From positions 7,084,907 through 7,148,906 of the forward strand of contig CAVNZM010000001.1 of assembly GCA_963693365.1 (NCBI GenBank): a DNA stretch of 64,000 bases. Direction: 5' to 3'. Shown here piece by piece: positions 12,204 through 24,814 of the stretch (position 1 is its first letter; each line of letters opens with the position of its first letter). A program made the position numbers and the translations under genes. The DNA comes from Amoebidium appalachense. Lineage: Eukaryota; Protista; Ichthyosporea. A model generated the notes under the pieces. That model had not been told where the DNA came from. It worked only from the letters and a program-made list of their open reading frames with translations, and made no database searches.

Positions 12204-12836
12204 CACACCACCACCACAACAACAACAACAAGACTCGGTCACTTTCTCCGGCACATGTGTACACACACCACCACCAGAACAAGACACTCTCACACACTAA
12301 GTTACTCACTCACTCGCACCACCACCACAACAAGACTCACTCATCACACCACCGGTACCACCACAACAAGACTCACCCACTCACCACCACCACAACAAGA
12401 CCCATCTACCTTTTCGAATGGCACCTCCGGCAGACCTTGTAATCTTTATATAGAATACACCTTGACACTTCGGCTCGTTGCCATATCCATGTCGGACACC
12501 ACTAATTTATTCTAGATAGATCCCAAATGGTCATCGATATATCTGGGTTTTCGATACTATGCATATCAACACAAACGGTAAGTCTAAGCATAATCAATGT
12601 CCCCGAGAATCAAACACTTGAATATGTATACTATTGGTGCCATTCAAATATCTTATAATTCGTCTAACAGCAAACCATGCCACTGAGTCAGCGCTTGCAA
12701 ATATCATTCTTACGTACGCACATGATACAACACGCATTCAGCATAAATTCAAGGCCACAAAAAACGACTCCTTTTGTTATCCGCGTATAGAATCATATCC
12801 CGTACGAATTAGCCTACACAGAACAAGGACGTTCGA

Positions 12837-13985
12837 TTAGAAAAATACGGCAGCAGAACGGAAATTTGCAAGTTCGGGGTAGTGCATGGGGTCACTAGAA
12901 TGGCGCCTTTGAAGCCGAAAACTTGATTGAGCCCCATTTTCATCAAATATATCCATCCTTTCTTCTTCCTGCACAATCCCGTCATCTAGATACGACCAGT
13001 GCCTGTTTTCGTAATTTTGTGCGAAATAGCGTGGGGGGTCCAAAGGTGACGGGGTAGAGGGGGATGTCAGCTGCTCCCATTGCATATCACTGGTGGGGTT
13101 AGAAGCTGAATTTTCATCCTCTGGGGACCAAATTTCACCGGGATATGTTTCGGATAATTGTGTGAGGAAGCGGTGACGTGTTAGGGCTGAGGGAGACTCA
13201 GAGGAGGAGCGCCTGAGGTGTTTCATTTGCGAACAGTGGCGGCGCGGAATCGGCTGTGTCATGTACGAGGCGCGGGGGGATTCGTACTCAATATGCGAAT
13301 TTTCACGCGCGTTGGACGGATTTACCCTGCCGCTGGTTGCCCATTCCGTGGGCTCAAGACCCAAAATCTCCTCCTGCCGCGCGACTGCCAGCTGAACTTC
13401 CGGGAACGTCGGTGCAAACCCCCCCCCAATGGCCGCCGCTTCAAGGGTAGAGAGCCACTTTTTGCGGTTGTTGGTGAGGCGAGGGGGGAGTGTGTCTCCA
13501 AAATACATCTTGAACCATGCCTGCGCCGTTCCGCTACTAACAGTTTCGCGGGGGGATTGTGGGGTCGCCAGTCGTTGCTGGTTAAGGTTAAACTGCACGC
13601 GCAGGCAGTCCGGTGTGTTCCCTTGAATGCGTCTCACTGTAGGGTTAATGCGGTAGAGCGGGTGGCCCGATTGGTCCGTCCCTTCTACCAATCGTTGGCT
13701 GCGAACATATTCAATGAATTGGCGCAAAGTGTTGAATTTCTTGCTGTTGTTGCTTGGACGGCAATTCGAAACGTTTCTCGGCGCAGATTTCTGGCGGGAG
13801 GTGGGGCTTTTTGTCTCGTGGGAAAAATGCACGTCCCCATCACTCATTCTGCGATTAGGCGAATTGAAGGCTTCGTGGCCGTGGTGGGGGTCGTAGGTCG
13901 GGTAGGAAGATGCATGCTGGTCGTTGCCGTGCAACAAAATTTCGCTGCGTGCCCTGTGCGATTCAGTTTTATAACTTGCACCCAT
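12837..13985 (-). CDS. Hypothetical protein (~382 aa, or a large terminal exon): central globular-looking region flanked by Ser/Pro-rich disordered segments
   Basis: Long high-complexity ORF with ATG at 13985 and TAA at 12837. Core reads KFNTLRQFIEYVRSQ...AQAWFKMYFG...KKWLSTLEAAAIGGGFAP. No family recognised. Confidence 0.65.
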   Translation of the reverse strand: MGASYKTESHRARSEILLHGNDQHASSYPTYDPHHGHEAFNSPNRRMSDGDVHFSHETKSPTSRQKSAPRNVSNCRPSNNSKKFNTLRQFIEYVRSQRLVEGTDQSGHPLYRINPTVRRIQGNTPDCLRVQFNLNQQRLATPQSPRETVSSGTAQAWFKMYFGDTLPPRLTNNRKKWLSTLEAAAIGGGFAPTFPEVQLAVARQEEILGLEPTEWATSGRVNPSNARENSHIEYESPRASYMTQPIPRRHCSQMKHLRRSSSESPSALTRHRFLTQLSETYPGEIWSPEDENSASNPTSDMQWEQLTSPSTPSPLDPPRYFAQNYENRHWSYLDDGIVQEEERMDIFDENGAQSSFRLQRRHSSDPMHYPELANFRSAAVFF

Positions 13986-14703
13986 ACCGGAGTCTTGATT
14001 CTTGCCAAACCCCCTCGCCCCTCCCCCCCCCCTCCCCCCCCACCAACCCCCTGGGAGAAATAGAAAAAGCCAATAGAAAAGGGTACGCAAGGTCTTTTAA
14101 GGTAGCATGACTATCAGGTGGAGAAACTGTCTACAGTTTAGGGGCTGTGCATTCATTGAAACAGTGGAATGTGCCGTGAAATGTCCAGCAAAAACCATAG
14201 CACCCGCAGGTGAAGTGGTGAAGAAAAAGCAAACAGACATAAGGAAGTCAAGTTGAATTTCGGAAAAGGAACGAGCACCCCAACTCATTGCGCCTTGGGT
14301 GTCAGGCACACCGGGAGAGAGGGGGGTAGGGGGAGGGGGGGGGGGGGGAGGGGGGGAGGGGGGAAGAGAGAGAGAGTCAATACTATGAAAAAATCATCTA
14401 CTGTGAGCAAAAAAAGGAAAAATCCCTGTCTGCAACTTCATCTCGCCCTAAACACGCTCATGAGGAACGCCCATGACAAGGGCAAGGGCAAGGGCAATCG
14501 TGTGGGTGTCAATGCGCAGCAGATGATGGGTGACTCCGGGAGTACCTGTGTGTGCATGTCTCAGCATGTGCTAAACGATTTCGTGGAGGTGTTTTTCGTG
14601 TGCAAAGAAGGGAGGTGGTGTAAGAAAGGGAAATGTGTGTGCGGGGGGGGGGGGGGGTGGGGAGTGTGTGTGTGTGTGTTTGGGGGGGGGGGGGGGGGTT
14701 TAC

Positions 14704-15092
14704 CTCTCCTGCCCATTGAAGCAGGTCACCTCACCAGCATCATCAGATGCACTTCTCCTGAGGACGGCAGCAGGCACATAGGTATCCATGCACATGTTGT
14801 TGTCGTGCATGTCAACGTCTTGACCCGCACTACCCAGAATGTACTCAATGGAGAAGTGCCCCGCGGATGTGCGTCTTTGTGGGTGTGGGGCATGTGGAAA
14901 ACTCGTTGGGTGGGTGTCTGCCTGCAGCATTTCGGCGCTTTGTGTGATGTGCTGCTCAAAGAGTGTGATGCCATTGTGAGAATGGCTGCGGACACGTCTC
15001 TGGCTGTCGTGGGTATGACTCATGTCTGGTGGGGAGTTGAAAGGACTATGTGTAGAAAGGGAAGAAAAGCGCGTACGTGTTGGTGATTCCAT
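14704..15092 (-). CDS. Probable first exon of a hypothetical protein with an eh1-like motif (FSIEYILG)
   Basis: Open from ATG at 15092 (MESPTRTRF...) to a GTAAAC donor at 14703, which is followed by poly-C on the minus strand like other introns here. Downstream exon structure is unresolved. Confidence 0.5.
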
Positions 15093-15796
15093 TTTTGGAA
15101 GATTTTGTGCTTGCACATATATGAGAACGGGTTGTCTGTTTTCCTGGTAGTGGTTATGTGGGCATTTGGGGGTTGTAATGGTGGTGTGCAGGTGTGGTTT
15201 CGTATATAGAGGTTCGACAAGTGAAGGGTGAATTTGTATTGTAAGCATGTGCTTGTCACGACAATTTTATTCTCCGTTATGGGCATTACCACATGTGCAT
15301 GAGAAACTTGTGTGCTAACGTGAGGGGTATCTGCTAATGGATTAGTTGCATTTCGCCTGTGTATGAGGTCAACGGCTGCTAAACAATGTAATGATACTGC
15401 ATTTGCTCTCTGTGAGAAAAGTAAAGTGCTTGTTTGATAGCAATAAACTTCTAATATGCCCGAAGTACCAAAGCGGGGGTGTGTGGCACGGAGGCACGGA
15501 AAGATAAGATGACTGAACTTGAATGATTGCGTCAACAATATTTGTCAATGTACGACCACGAACAGAATCAATGACGTCATAGATGTAGGTTTTAATAAAT
15601 GTGTCTAATAAGGTATGTACGTATTAGTCTCCAAGGCTATGTACTTAGAGTACTTTGCAGAGAACCGAAAGTTCAGGGATGTGGTGCAAAACACGAACGA
15701 GCGCAGCGACTGAGTGTTTTGTGCCGAATTCCTGTGCTTCGGTTCGAGGTTGGTAGTTGGTACTTGCGGCGTGAGCCACTTTTTTCATTCCCGTGC

Positions 15797-15868
15797 ATAA
15801 GTGTCTGTATTTTGGTGATCCCACGTGCTTTAGTGACTGTATTTTTGTGCTTACACGTGCTCTAGTGA
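15797..15868. repeat. ~32-bp CACGTG-containing minisatellite, left cluster
   Basis: CACGTGCTTTAGTGACTGTA at 15822, CACGTGCTCTAGTGA at 15854, and a partial unit at 15797. Confidence 0.6.
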
Positions 15869-15889
15869 TTGCTTTTTTTTTTTGTGATG

Positions 15890-16092
15890 GGACTTCACTT
15901 TCACTTCGATCACCTAGCTGTCACGTCAACTTTTTTTCCCGATTCTTCACCATGGCAGGTATATAAAGGCTTTCGTTTCTTCTTTTTTGCGGACTTCACT
16001 TTCCGAAACTTCGATCTCTTAGCTGTCACGTCAACTTTTTTTTCCGATTCTTCACCATGGCTGGTATATAAAGGCTTTCGTTTCTTTTTTTT
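15890..16092. repeat. Tandem ~101-bp duplication, each unit containing TATATAAA
   Basis: Units start GGACTTCACTTTC at 15890 and 15991 and share TAGCTGTCACGTCAACTTTTTTT and CCGATTCTTCACCATGGCwGGTATATAAAGGCTTTCGTTTCTT. Confidence 0.9.
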
Positions 16093-16124
16093 GTGGTGGG
16101 AGGGAGTCCCACTCAGGGGAACGT

Positions 16125-16857
16125 GACTGCAGCGTGTGTGTGGTGTGGCCTGGTGTATTCCTACTGCTGTGAGAGTGTGGGGGCATCTCCCCTTCGCGGA
16201 CTCCTTTCTCGCTTGAGAAGTGGTTTCTTCAACGCCTGGTGGTCCACTGCAACCTATGGTAACTTCTACACGATGTCTATGCTTCTACGCGACCTATTGG
16301 CGGTGGGCTGCTGCAACTTCTTCAGCTACTTCTGCGCTGCGTGCGGAGGGGCGGCTACTTGGTCGTCGGAGAGCTTTCCAAGTGACTGCCAGTCCTTAGC
16401 CTCCAGTTGTATGGCAATGACCGGGTTTGCTTGCATGCATTCGGTAATTGTGTTTTTCTGTGCGTCCTGCCTAGGCCACCTTATCAGAGAGCTAGATGCA
16501 GTTTCAACTCCGGGTTATCTAGGGGCCGGGCCCGTTGGGATTGTTTTTTAGCTCAGATTTGGTCTGCATTGCTCTTTTAGAGGCTGGCTTGCTTGCTGTG
16601 CCTTGATAGGTTTTGAGCGGGGCCTGTTAGGAAGGAGAAGTAATGATGTCTTCTTGCGGAGTGTGGTCTGGTCAACATCGATGCATATGACTAGTTGGAG
16701 CAAACTAGTTTCACGCATACACGTACACTTAAGGTTTTGCCCGCTGGTGGCCTTTGTCACTTGACAATCCGAGTCGCTTTATTGTATTAAATTCGTAGCT
16801 TTGGCTTCTTCAGTTGAACTTCTATTGGTGGTTATGTAGCCTGTGGCTGCACGTTGC
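16125..16857 (-). pseudogene. Possible decayed coding sequence (Gln/Lys/Pro-rich) interrupted only by TAA/TAG stops
   Basis: One minus-strand frame reads protein-like for ~245 codons. Stops lie at 16779, 16548, 16515, 16326, 16266, 16254 and 16161; all are TAR and none is TGA. Confidence 0.35.
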
Positions 16858-16898
16858 CTTCATCAACGGATCAATAAACCCGAGTCAAAAGAAAATCA

Positions 16899-16970
16899 GA
16901 CGTACTTTAGTGTCTGTAATATTGTGCTCACACGTGCTTTAGTGTCTGCATCTGTTTCCACACGTGCTGT
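16899..16970. repeat. ~30-32-bp CACGTG-containing minisatellite, right cluster
   Basis: ACGTACTTTAGTGTCTGTA at 16900, CACGTGCTTTAGTGTCTGCA at 16931, CACGTGCT at 16961; same unit and orientation as 15797-15868. Confidence 0.6.
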
Positions 16971-17442
16971 ATTATTTTTGTGTTCCCACGAGTCCATCGA
17001 TATCATAGTTTTGCGATCTCTGATCAGGGTTGATGCATAGCATGCCGCATATGCGCATGGTGATCTCGGCGCCGGCAAGGGTCGGTCCAGGGATCTAAAA
17101 TAGTGCGCTGACCGTGTAGATGGTCAAAAGTTTGCTATGATATCCATGGCATTTTTCCATTCATTTGCATTTAACTTTTCTATTTTATTTGTGTATAAAC
17201 ATTCAATTTTCAAAACTTTTGATCGCTTCCGCCAATCAAAAGAACGTCTTTGACCAGATGCCCATTTCGGCATCCGCCAAAAGGTATATAATAAAGCGTG
17301 ACAACCCTTCATTTTCACGATGGCGGCACTACGCGCGCAATAGTAAAAGTGGCTCACAATGCAAGTACCCACTGGCTTACGTAAGTGGCTGAGCACTACT
17401 ACGCCACGGGACGTCTCCAGCCGGGTTTATGTAATTCTGATA

Positions 17443-17558
17443 GGCAATCGGAACGCTTTATTAAAGTTTATTTTCCTGATGGGCAATAGGAACGCTTCCG
17501 TACTTCTGATGGGCAATAGGAACGCTTCCGCAATTTTGTTGTTGGGCAATAGGAACGC
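17443..17558. repeat. Four spaced copies of GGCAATAGGAACGC
   Basis: Copies at 17443 (one mismatch), 17482, 17512 and 17545; spacings are 39, 30 and 33 bp. Confidence 0.9.
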
Positions 17559-19089
17559 GACATTAATTATTATTGCGACTTTTAACCAACCATCTGCTGT
17601 AGATTTAAATTTGTTTGCGCAATCAGACACTTTGTCCAGTGACTGTCGCCTGCGGCAACATACAAGGTATGTTGAGCCTGGCCGCAGGGGGACAGCACTC
17701 AAAGTGACTATGTACGTATGTGCGTAGTACGTGCCTGCAGGACTCAAAGTTACATTCGTGCTTCTTGCATTTTTTTATGTATGTTTTTATATCCACGCGC
17801 CGTAATTGAACACTTAGAGTCACCACACCATGTCTTTTTGAAGCTTCTCCAACTGCCGCCAAGTGTACATGTACGTGCACTGATCTGAATTTCATCTGAT
17901 AAGACACAACAATGTTTCCGGATAGGTATACATTTTGTCACGTGAAGGCTTCTCGGAATGGAAAAGATAAGCACCCACACAGTCACTGCATCAACACGAT
18001 GGACACAAAAAGCATTGTTGAAATATACGGGATTTCGCTGAAATATTATAAATATCAATGAATGTATGCGGATTTAACCGACAGTGTTTTTGCACAAATG
18101 TATATTGACGACAACCGATGTACGTGAGGGCTGGCATAGCCACAGCCATTCCTCGGACTTTGGAATGTGTCTCCATACAGGCGCCGCCGCGCCGGCCGTG
18201 GTTGCCAACTTGCATGCACGCGAGATCATGTGCGGGCACTGAAAGAGGGTAATGCTGCAAATCATGACCTACTTGTTTCGCACATGTGTCTTCTTGCCTA
18301 CTTCTATTTAGCATGCATTTATTATATCTATAAAGTCAAGTGTCAGTCTAAAAAAGCAGGGCGTCCAATGCCCCATAAATTGGATTGATATGATTGGTGC
18401 AATTTTATACCAGGTGACGTCAATTATCTTCCAGCATAAACGGGTGCAGGAATAGTGACGCAAGACCATGATTTCAGCGTTCGGCAGCCATTGTTCGGTT
18501 CATTGTTCGGTTCATTTTCCTTTCATATGTTGCCCATGTACATCTAGATTTATTACTCTTGAATTAGCCATTTGCTTGGACCTGGCGACAGCGACATTTA
18601 TCCACGCTGCATTCCAGTCTGGAAGCATCTCAACATTCCTTGCATACCAAAGATAAAGATTTGAACGTGCTGGGGGCGCCCGGGCGGACGTTGCGAACGG
18701 TTCAGGTGGTGGTGTAGGAAAGTATGATATGCGATGAATTCTGGAATATTTTTTCTACCACTACCTGTAATATTTTGACCACTTGCGAAAATCATGTTAG
18801 GTGGTGGTGCACGGTTTTTATGTCATACAAGTTCTGTCTGTCCAATCATTTTGACACCAAAAGTATGCTCCGATTGGGTTGATTGGTCCATGTTTATGCA
18901 TTGGTGTGATTTGCTCAAGCTTCAAGGTCGGTTCAACTCGGTTGCTGCCGATGATTGGCTTAGCTTACCCTCGTCATCACCTAATTAGCGTTGCCATTGG
19001 GTACATCTATTCCAAGAATGTTTAGAAATGTTTATCCGTTTAGCGATTGGCTGTTTATCGTGTAAAGCAAATCCGTCTTTTCACTTACT

Positions 19090-19579
19090 GCATTCCACCC
19101 GGCATGCCATCGATCTAGATTGAATGTGGGCTTTCTTCGTAAGTTGTAACACCCCCAGTTGTTTTGGGTGGAATGCGGGTGCCTCCGGGTGGAATGCTGC
19201 TTAAAAAACCCCGATAAAAGCAACGTGGCAAAATAGAACGTTGATTCCAATATTTAGACGTGGCCAATCATATCGCCTATTTAAACAAATCCCTGGATAA
19301 AAAACGAGTCACGTTGAGGTCCCTCCACCACTACCTCCGCTTCGCAACATGGGCGGGACAGGCCCGGGGGAAGGAAGAGGTGTCATGCATGAACGACAGC
19401 CCGGGGGAAGGAAGAGGTGTCATGCATGAAAGCGCACTGCTGCAGTGGAGTCTGACTCGTGACCACCGAAGGAGTCCGACCGGCTCCGGCAGCTTCTGCG
19501 AACATGAGCATGCGTGTACATAGACTAGGCTGGACTTCTGCGAACATGAGCATGCGTGTACATAGGCTAGGCTGGACTT
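19090..19579. repeat. Cluster of short inverted and tandem repeats
   Basis: GCATTCCACCCGG (19090-19102) is inverted to 19185-19197, with a third partial copy at 19166. A 37-bp-period duplication starts at 19362/19399 and a 42-bp-period duplication at 19493/19535. Confidence 0.85.
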
Positions 19580-19734
19580 GAACCTAGGCCTGGCCCGGCT
19601 TGCATGAGGAACCCTCAGGCCCTGTTGAACGGTTTGGGCTTGAGTCACCACCACATCACATATACGGTAGGTCGTGGGACAGACAATTCTGAATCAGTGT
19701 GTGTGTGTGTGTCACAGTGTGTATGTGTGTGTGT

Positions 19735-19783
<49 letters not shown>

Positions 19784-19795
19784 ACGTGTGTGTGT

Positions 19796-19854
<59 letters not shown>

Positions 19855-19857
19855 GTC

Positions 19858-19913
<56 letters not shown>

Positions 19914-20794
19914 ATGTGCGTGTGCGGTGTGTGTGTGTGTGTTCAACGGTGTCTGTGACAGTGTGTACGTGTGCGTGTGTGACGGGGTGTGCGTCACGGT
20001 CTGCGTGTGTCCGTGCGTGTGTGCGCGCGTGTGTGATGGTGTGTGTGTGTGTGTAAGGCCGGGCCACTCAGTACTAGTCTGATGCTTGTGTGTGTGACTG
20101 TCAACTGTGCGTGTGTGGTCACTATGTATTTGCGTCACTGTGTGTGTGTGCGACCGCCATAGGACTTACTGGCGTGCCACATACGCGTGTTTCAGTGTGT
20201 GTGCGCGTGTGTGCAGGTCACCGTTGTGTGTGTGTGTCGGTATGTGTCGGTGTACGTGTCAGTGCAAGTGTGTGTGTATGTGTCAGACCACGGTGTGCGC
20301 CACGGACAGTCTATGCGTGTGTGTGCCATTACGCGTACGTGCATGTATGTGTGTGTGTGTCTCCGAGGCTCTCTCTCTCAGAGTCTCTCTCTCTCTCTCT
20401 CTCTCTAAGGCTCCCGCTAGCTCTCTCACCCCCTCCACCCCCCACCCCCCCCCCCCCCCCCTCTCTCTCTCTCTCAGTCTCTCTCTTGATAAGTCGCCTA
20501 TGAGCCACATGTGGCTCATTCAAGCCGAACGAGCCACCAGAGTGGCCCGTTAACGTTTCAGGCGACCCCCCCTACAGCTTAGTGGTCGAGAGTCGCGCGT
20601 GCTTTCTTGGCATGCCCAGTTAGCTGCTGAAGTTTCGTGCCTTTTTTGTTTCTGGACCAAGGTGATTGGTGCAATAAAAGAGGGTGCCAGCGCTTGCCAA
20701 TCAACAAGGGGTATCGTGTTTTTTCCACATTCCTCGTCTGTCGCCAGATCAAAATTGGCCCAGGGGGCCCTCCAAAGAGGGTGAACCGCTGGAA

Positions 20795-21072
20795 AACGCT
20801 CATAGTGAACTCGATGAAAAGACAACATAAAGCCTCCCAAACTTTGCCCCAGGCAAGCTACCACACTGTTTTTTTGCTTTCTACTACTTCTTAAAGGGCC
20901 CGCGCCCCCTTGGGCGACCATATTTTGAGACAACCTAGAATTTGTCCGGAAAGCCTAGTCAGGCTCGATTCCGCCCGACTGCGGACCTCCCGTCCCGGAT
21001 GATTTCCGGTGGAAGAGGGACCCTCTACAGAACGCTACATAGTGAACTCGATGAAAACACAACAAAAAGCCT
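20795..21072. repeat. Dispersed ~41-bp direct repeat pair
   Basis: AACGCT(A)CATAGTGAACTCGATGAAAAsACAACAwAAAGCCT at 20795 and 21031. Confidence 0.8.
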
Positions 21073-21439
21073 TGAAATTTTGTGACTAGCATGCCTACAT
21101 TCTTTTCTTTATTTGCTACTAATTACTATATGGTGTAGCACGCCGTGGAGAGACGATATTTGGCACGTAACCATGAATTCGACAAGAATATCCAGTGTCG
21201 CTAGCAGCGCCAAGTTCGCAGCGCAGCATACAGCAGTTAGCAGAAACAACACTTACGTGTTCTTGGTGTCCACGTGGTCCGTTAGGTTGTCATGAACATC
21301 GGTATGCAGTTTTTTTCCTGGGTTTCGTGTTGTTACCACTACTTGTATAAGGATCGCGCGCAACTTGTCGAACGAGCCACATAAAGTGGCTCGATCTTGC
21401 CGGCGGCTTATTATCTCACACCGGGCACACACACACACA

Positions 21440-21507
<68 letters not shown>

Positions 21508-22411
21508 CTCGAGTTCTCTCTCCCTTACGCAAGGGCTCCCCCCCCATCCACACCCCCACCCCCACAAAAACCCCTTTCCCGCCCACTCCTCTCCCCCCCC
21601 CTCCCCCGCCCGCCCGCCCGCCGCCCGCCTCCGAAGTCCCTCGGTATTAGTGTGTTTGGGTGTGTGTGTGTGTGTGTGTTGGATTTTTCTTTTTTTTGTG
21701 TGTGTTTTGGGGGGGGGGGGGGAGAGGGGGGGGGGGGGGTTGTCACAACTACTAGTAACTGTTGCACACCAGCGGCTGGGGGGCACGGGTCATGCTCATG
21801 GCTTAGGCTGAAGTTTATAAGCGGAAGAGCTACGCAAGGTGGTAGGCCCTATGGTCATTCTGAGTGCTGTCTTCCCTGGGGCCTCTTTTTTTTTTTTTTA
21901 TGTTGCCGCAGGCGACAGTCACTAGACAATGCCGGTCGTGATGTCGTCATGTCGGACATCATCAGGCGGTGGCTGGTTGAATATCACGCTAAGGATTTTA
22001 TATGAAATGAAGTTGGCTATTGACATGCTTGTTTATAAAATTGGATTCGTGATTACAACTTCATAAGCCAGTGGGTAAAAAAAATAGCGTTGGAGTCTAC
22101 CTATCATTCAAAGTGGGAAGAAGGGCCCTTGGGGGAGAGGGGGGAGAGGGGGATGCAGAGGAGTGTGGTGAGGTGGTGGTGGTGGGGAGGGGGAGGGGGG
22201 AGGGGTGCCATGTACTCCTTGATATGGAAATTTGCTAAAAGTAAAAGACTGGGGACTTTAAAAGTCTCTCGTGAGGGTAATATGAGCAGGTGGACGGAGA
22301 AGTGGGCGGGGAGGGGAAGGATGGAATGGGCTGCGGGGATCCGGTTGGGGCGGAGCCGGCGGGAGGGGGGGGAGGGGGCTCTATGTGTGTATGTGTGTGT
22401 GTGTATGTGTG

Positions 22412-22446
<35 letters not shown>

Positions 22447-23299
22447 GATGGGGTTGATGAGGGGCCCCGGAAGGGGAAGAGTGGGTCCTCGGTTACTGGG
22501 GAGAGAGGTTTGAGAGTGAAGTGCATTTAGCTTTTTGTTTTTTTTTGGTTTTTTTTGTTGTTGTTTGGGGGGGGGGGAGGGGGGGGGGAGGGGGGGTTTG
22601 AGTGTAGGCTAATACGACTGATAAGGAATAGCGGCTTCAAGAAAATTATAAAATGAGAGGAGCGCAGGAGCGGGGGGGGGGGGGGGGGGGGGGGGGGCTG
22701 GAAGGGGAAGAGGTGGAGCGGATAGCCTGGTGGGTTTGGGATGGGAGGAAGGGGTGTTGACCCATAGCAATGCACCGTGACTTATGATATTATATATATA
22801 TATATATATATATATTATGATATTTGTGTGACTCCTATCTGCAAGGCATTCTCCAATGATTATCATAGATAGGATTCCGGAGTTAACCTGTACTTTTTCG
22901 GGGGGAAGGGGGGAAGGGGGTAGCCTCAGGGGGGAGGGGGAGGGGGGGGGGGGGGGAGGGGGGGGGGAGGGGTTCAATTGCAACAAGTTGGGTGGAGTCG
23001 GGGGGCATAGAGAAAAGGTGGGAATGGAAGAAGTAGGGAAGTCCGTTTGCCAAGCCCTCTGATTATGAGTCATATGAAAGTTACCTGGGAATTATTGCCG
23101 GTGAGTTTTATTGGAAACAATGTGGAAACAGTTGATGGAATAAACTCTAAGCTCTTGTGGAAAAACATAGATATGAATCATCAAAAAATTTTAGTGGGGT
23201 TCACAAAATTTGGCTGTTAGATGCTAAGAAGCTTCTTGATGTTCCGTGTATGCAGCTATGCACCGTGAGACTGCAGTGAAAATGATGCAAGTGTCGCAA

Positions 23300-23339
<40 letters not shown>

Positions 23340-23411
23340 TGTGTTGTGTATGTGTATATGTGTATGTGTGTATGTGTCTGTGCGTGTGTGTGTCTGTGCG
23401 TGTGTGCGCGC

Positions 23412-23478
<67 letters not shown>

Positions 23479-23898
23479 TGTGTGTGTGTGTGTGCGTGCG
23501 TGTGTGTGTACGTGTGTGTGTGTGAACGGGACGTTGTGACCTGTAATCATGTATGTGTGTATGTGTGTTCGTTTATTTGTAGATTGTGTGTGCATCATGG
23601 CAGCGGGTGTGTTTTTGTGCACATGTTTTGTGTGCAATGCAGTGCAACACTCACAGGATACATGTGCATGGTTGCTTCGGTGGTTCCATGTGTGTGCATA
23701 TAACGGTGTGATGAGAGGGGGCAAGGAGCCGGGGGGGTTGGGGGGCGGAGGGGGGGGGGGGGGGGGAGGGGGGGGGGAATGGAAATTTCCCCTCCCATTT
23801 ATGCCAATATCCCGTCTTTTTTATGCGTATGCATGAACTGTGTAAGGTCACCGCATGTGGTGCATGCATGTTTGTGTATGTTGGCTGGGGGGTCCCTT

Positions 23899-23937
<39 letters not shown>

Positions 23938-24753
23938 GGGGGGAGGGAGACGAGGGGGGGTGGGGGTAAGGGGGTGGGGGTGGGGGGGGGGGGGGGGGGA
24001 GGTGCTCACCTATCTTCAGTGCATATATTCCTCCTCCCATCCAGCTTTCCGCCATCCCTTCCCTTACCCCCCCCCCCCCCCCCCCCCCTCTCCTCCCAAC
24101 CTCACTCTTCCTCGAGCGTCAGTGAAATGTGTTTCCCAGATAGCCGTGTGACTTATAGTGTTTTATAACCGCCTTCCCCCTCCCCCCCCCCCCCCCCCCT
24201 CCCTCCCCCCCTGGGGCACGTCATCTTGTCTCTCTCTCACCCTACCACCACCACCACCAACTGCCGTTCCCAGCCAGTGCCTTCTAAGTGCCGCAATTTA
24301 TGCACATCTCTGCAGATCCGGCTGCCCCCCCCCCCCCCCCCCCCCTCCCCCTCCCCCTCCTTTCCCCCTTAAAACACCCCCTCTCCTTTACCTCCTGGAG
24401 TCCCCTCCCAGTATAATCGATCGAGCCCCCCCACCCCCCCCCTCACCCTTAACGATTATTCGTGTGCCCACCCACCACCGTGGCGGTCATTTTTAATGGC
24501 AGCCATTTTGCACCCCCCTTAGTCGCACTTTCAGTTATCGACCCCATGGACCCCACTGACCATCTAACTCGTGAGTTATTTTCTCCAAATCACAGGTCAA
24601 ATCGGAACCAATTCGAAACCCCGCCTTGTGACGTCTATAGCCATGTGGCTGCAACCCTCATATCATCCCAACCCCCATCCCCCCCCCCCCCCCCTCCAAA
24701 TCCCCTCCCCGAACCACCACCACCACCTATTTTTCCTCTTCCCCCCCCCCCCC

Positions 24754-24814
<61 letters not shown>

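Noticed and set aside
13218-14063. 281-aa + strand ORF
   Set aside because: Antisense shadow of the more protein-like minus-strand ORF 12837-13985.
17443-17558. CRISPR array
   Set aside because: Repeats are only 14 bp, spacers are short and partly similar, there are no cas genes, and the context is eukaryotic.
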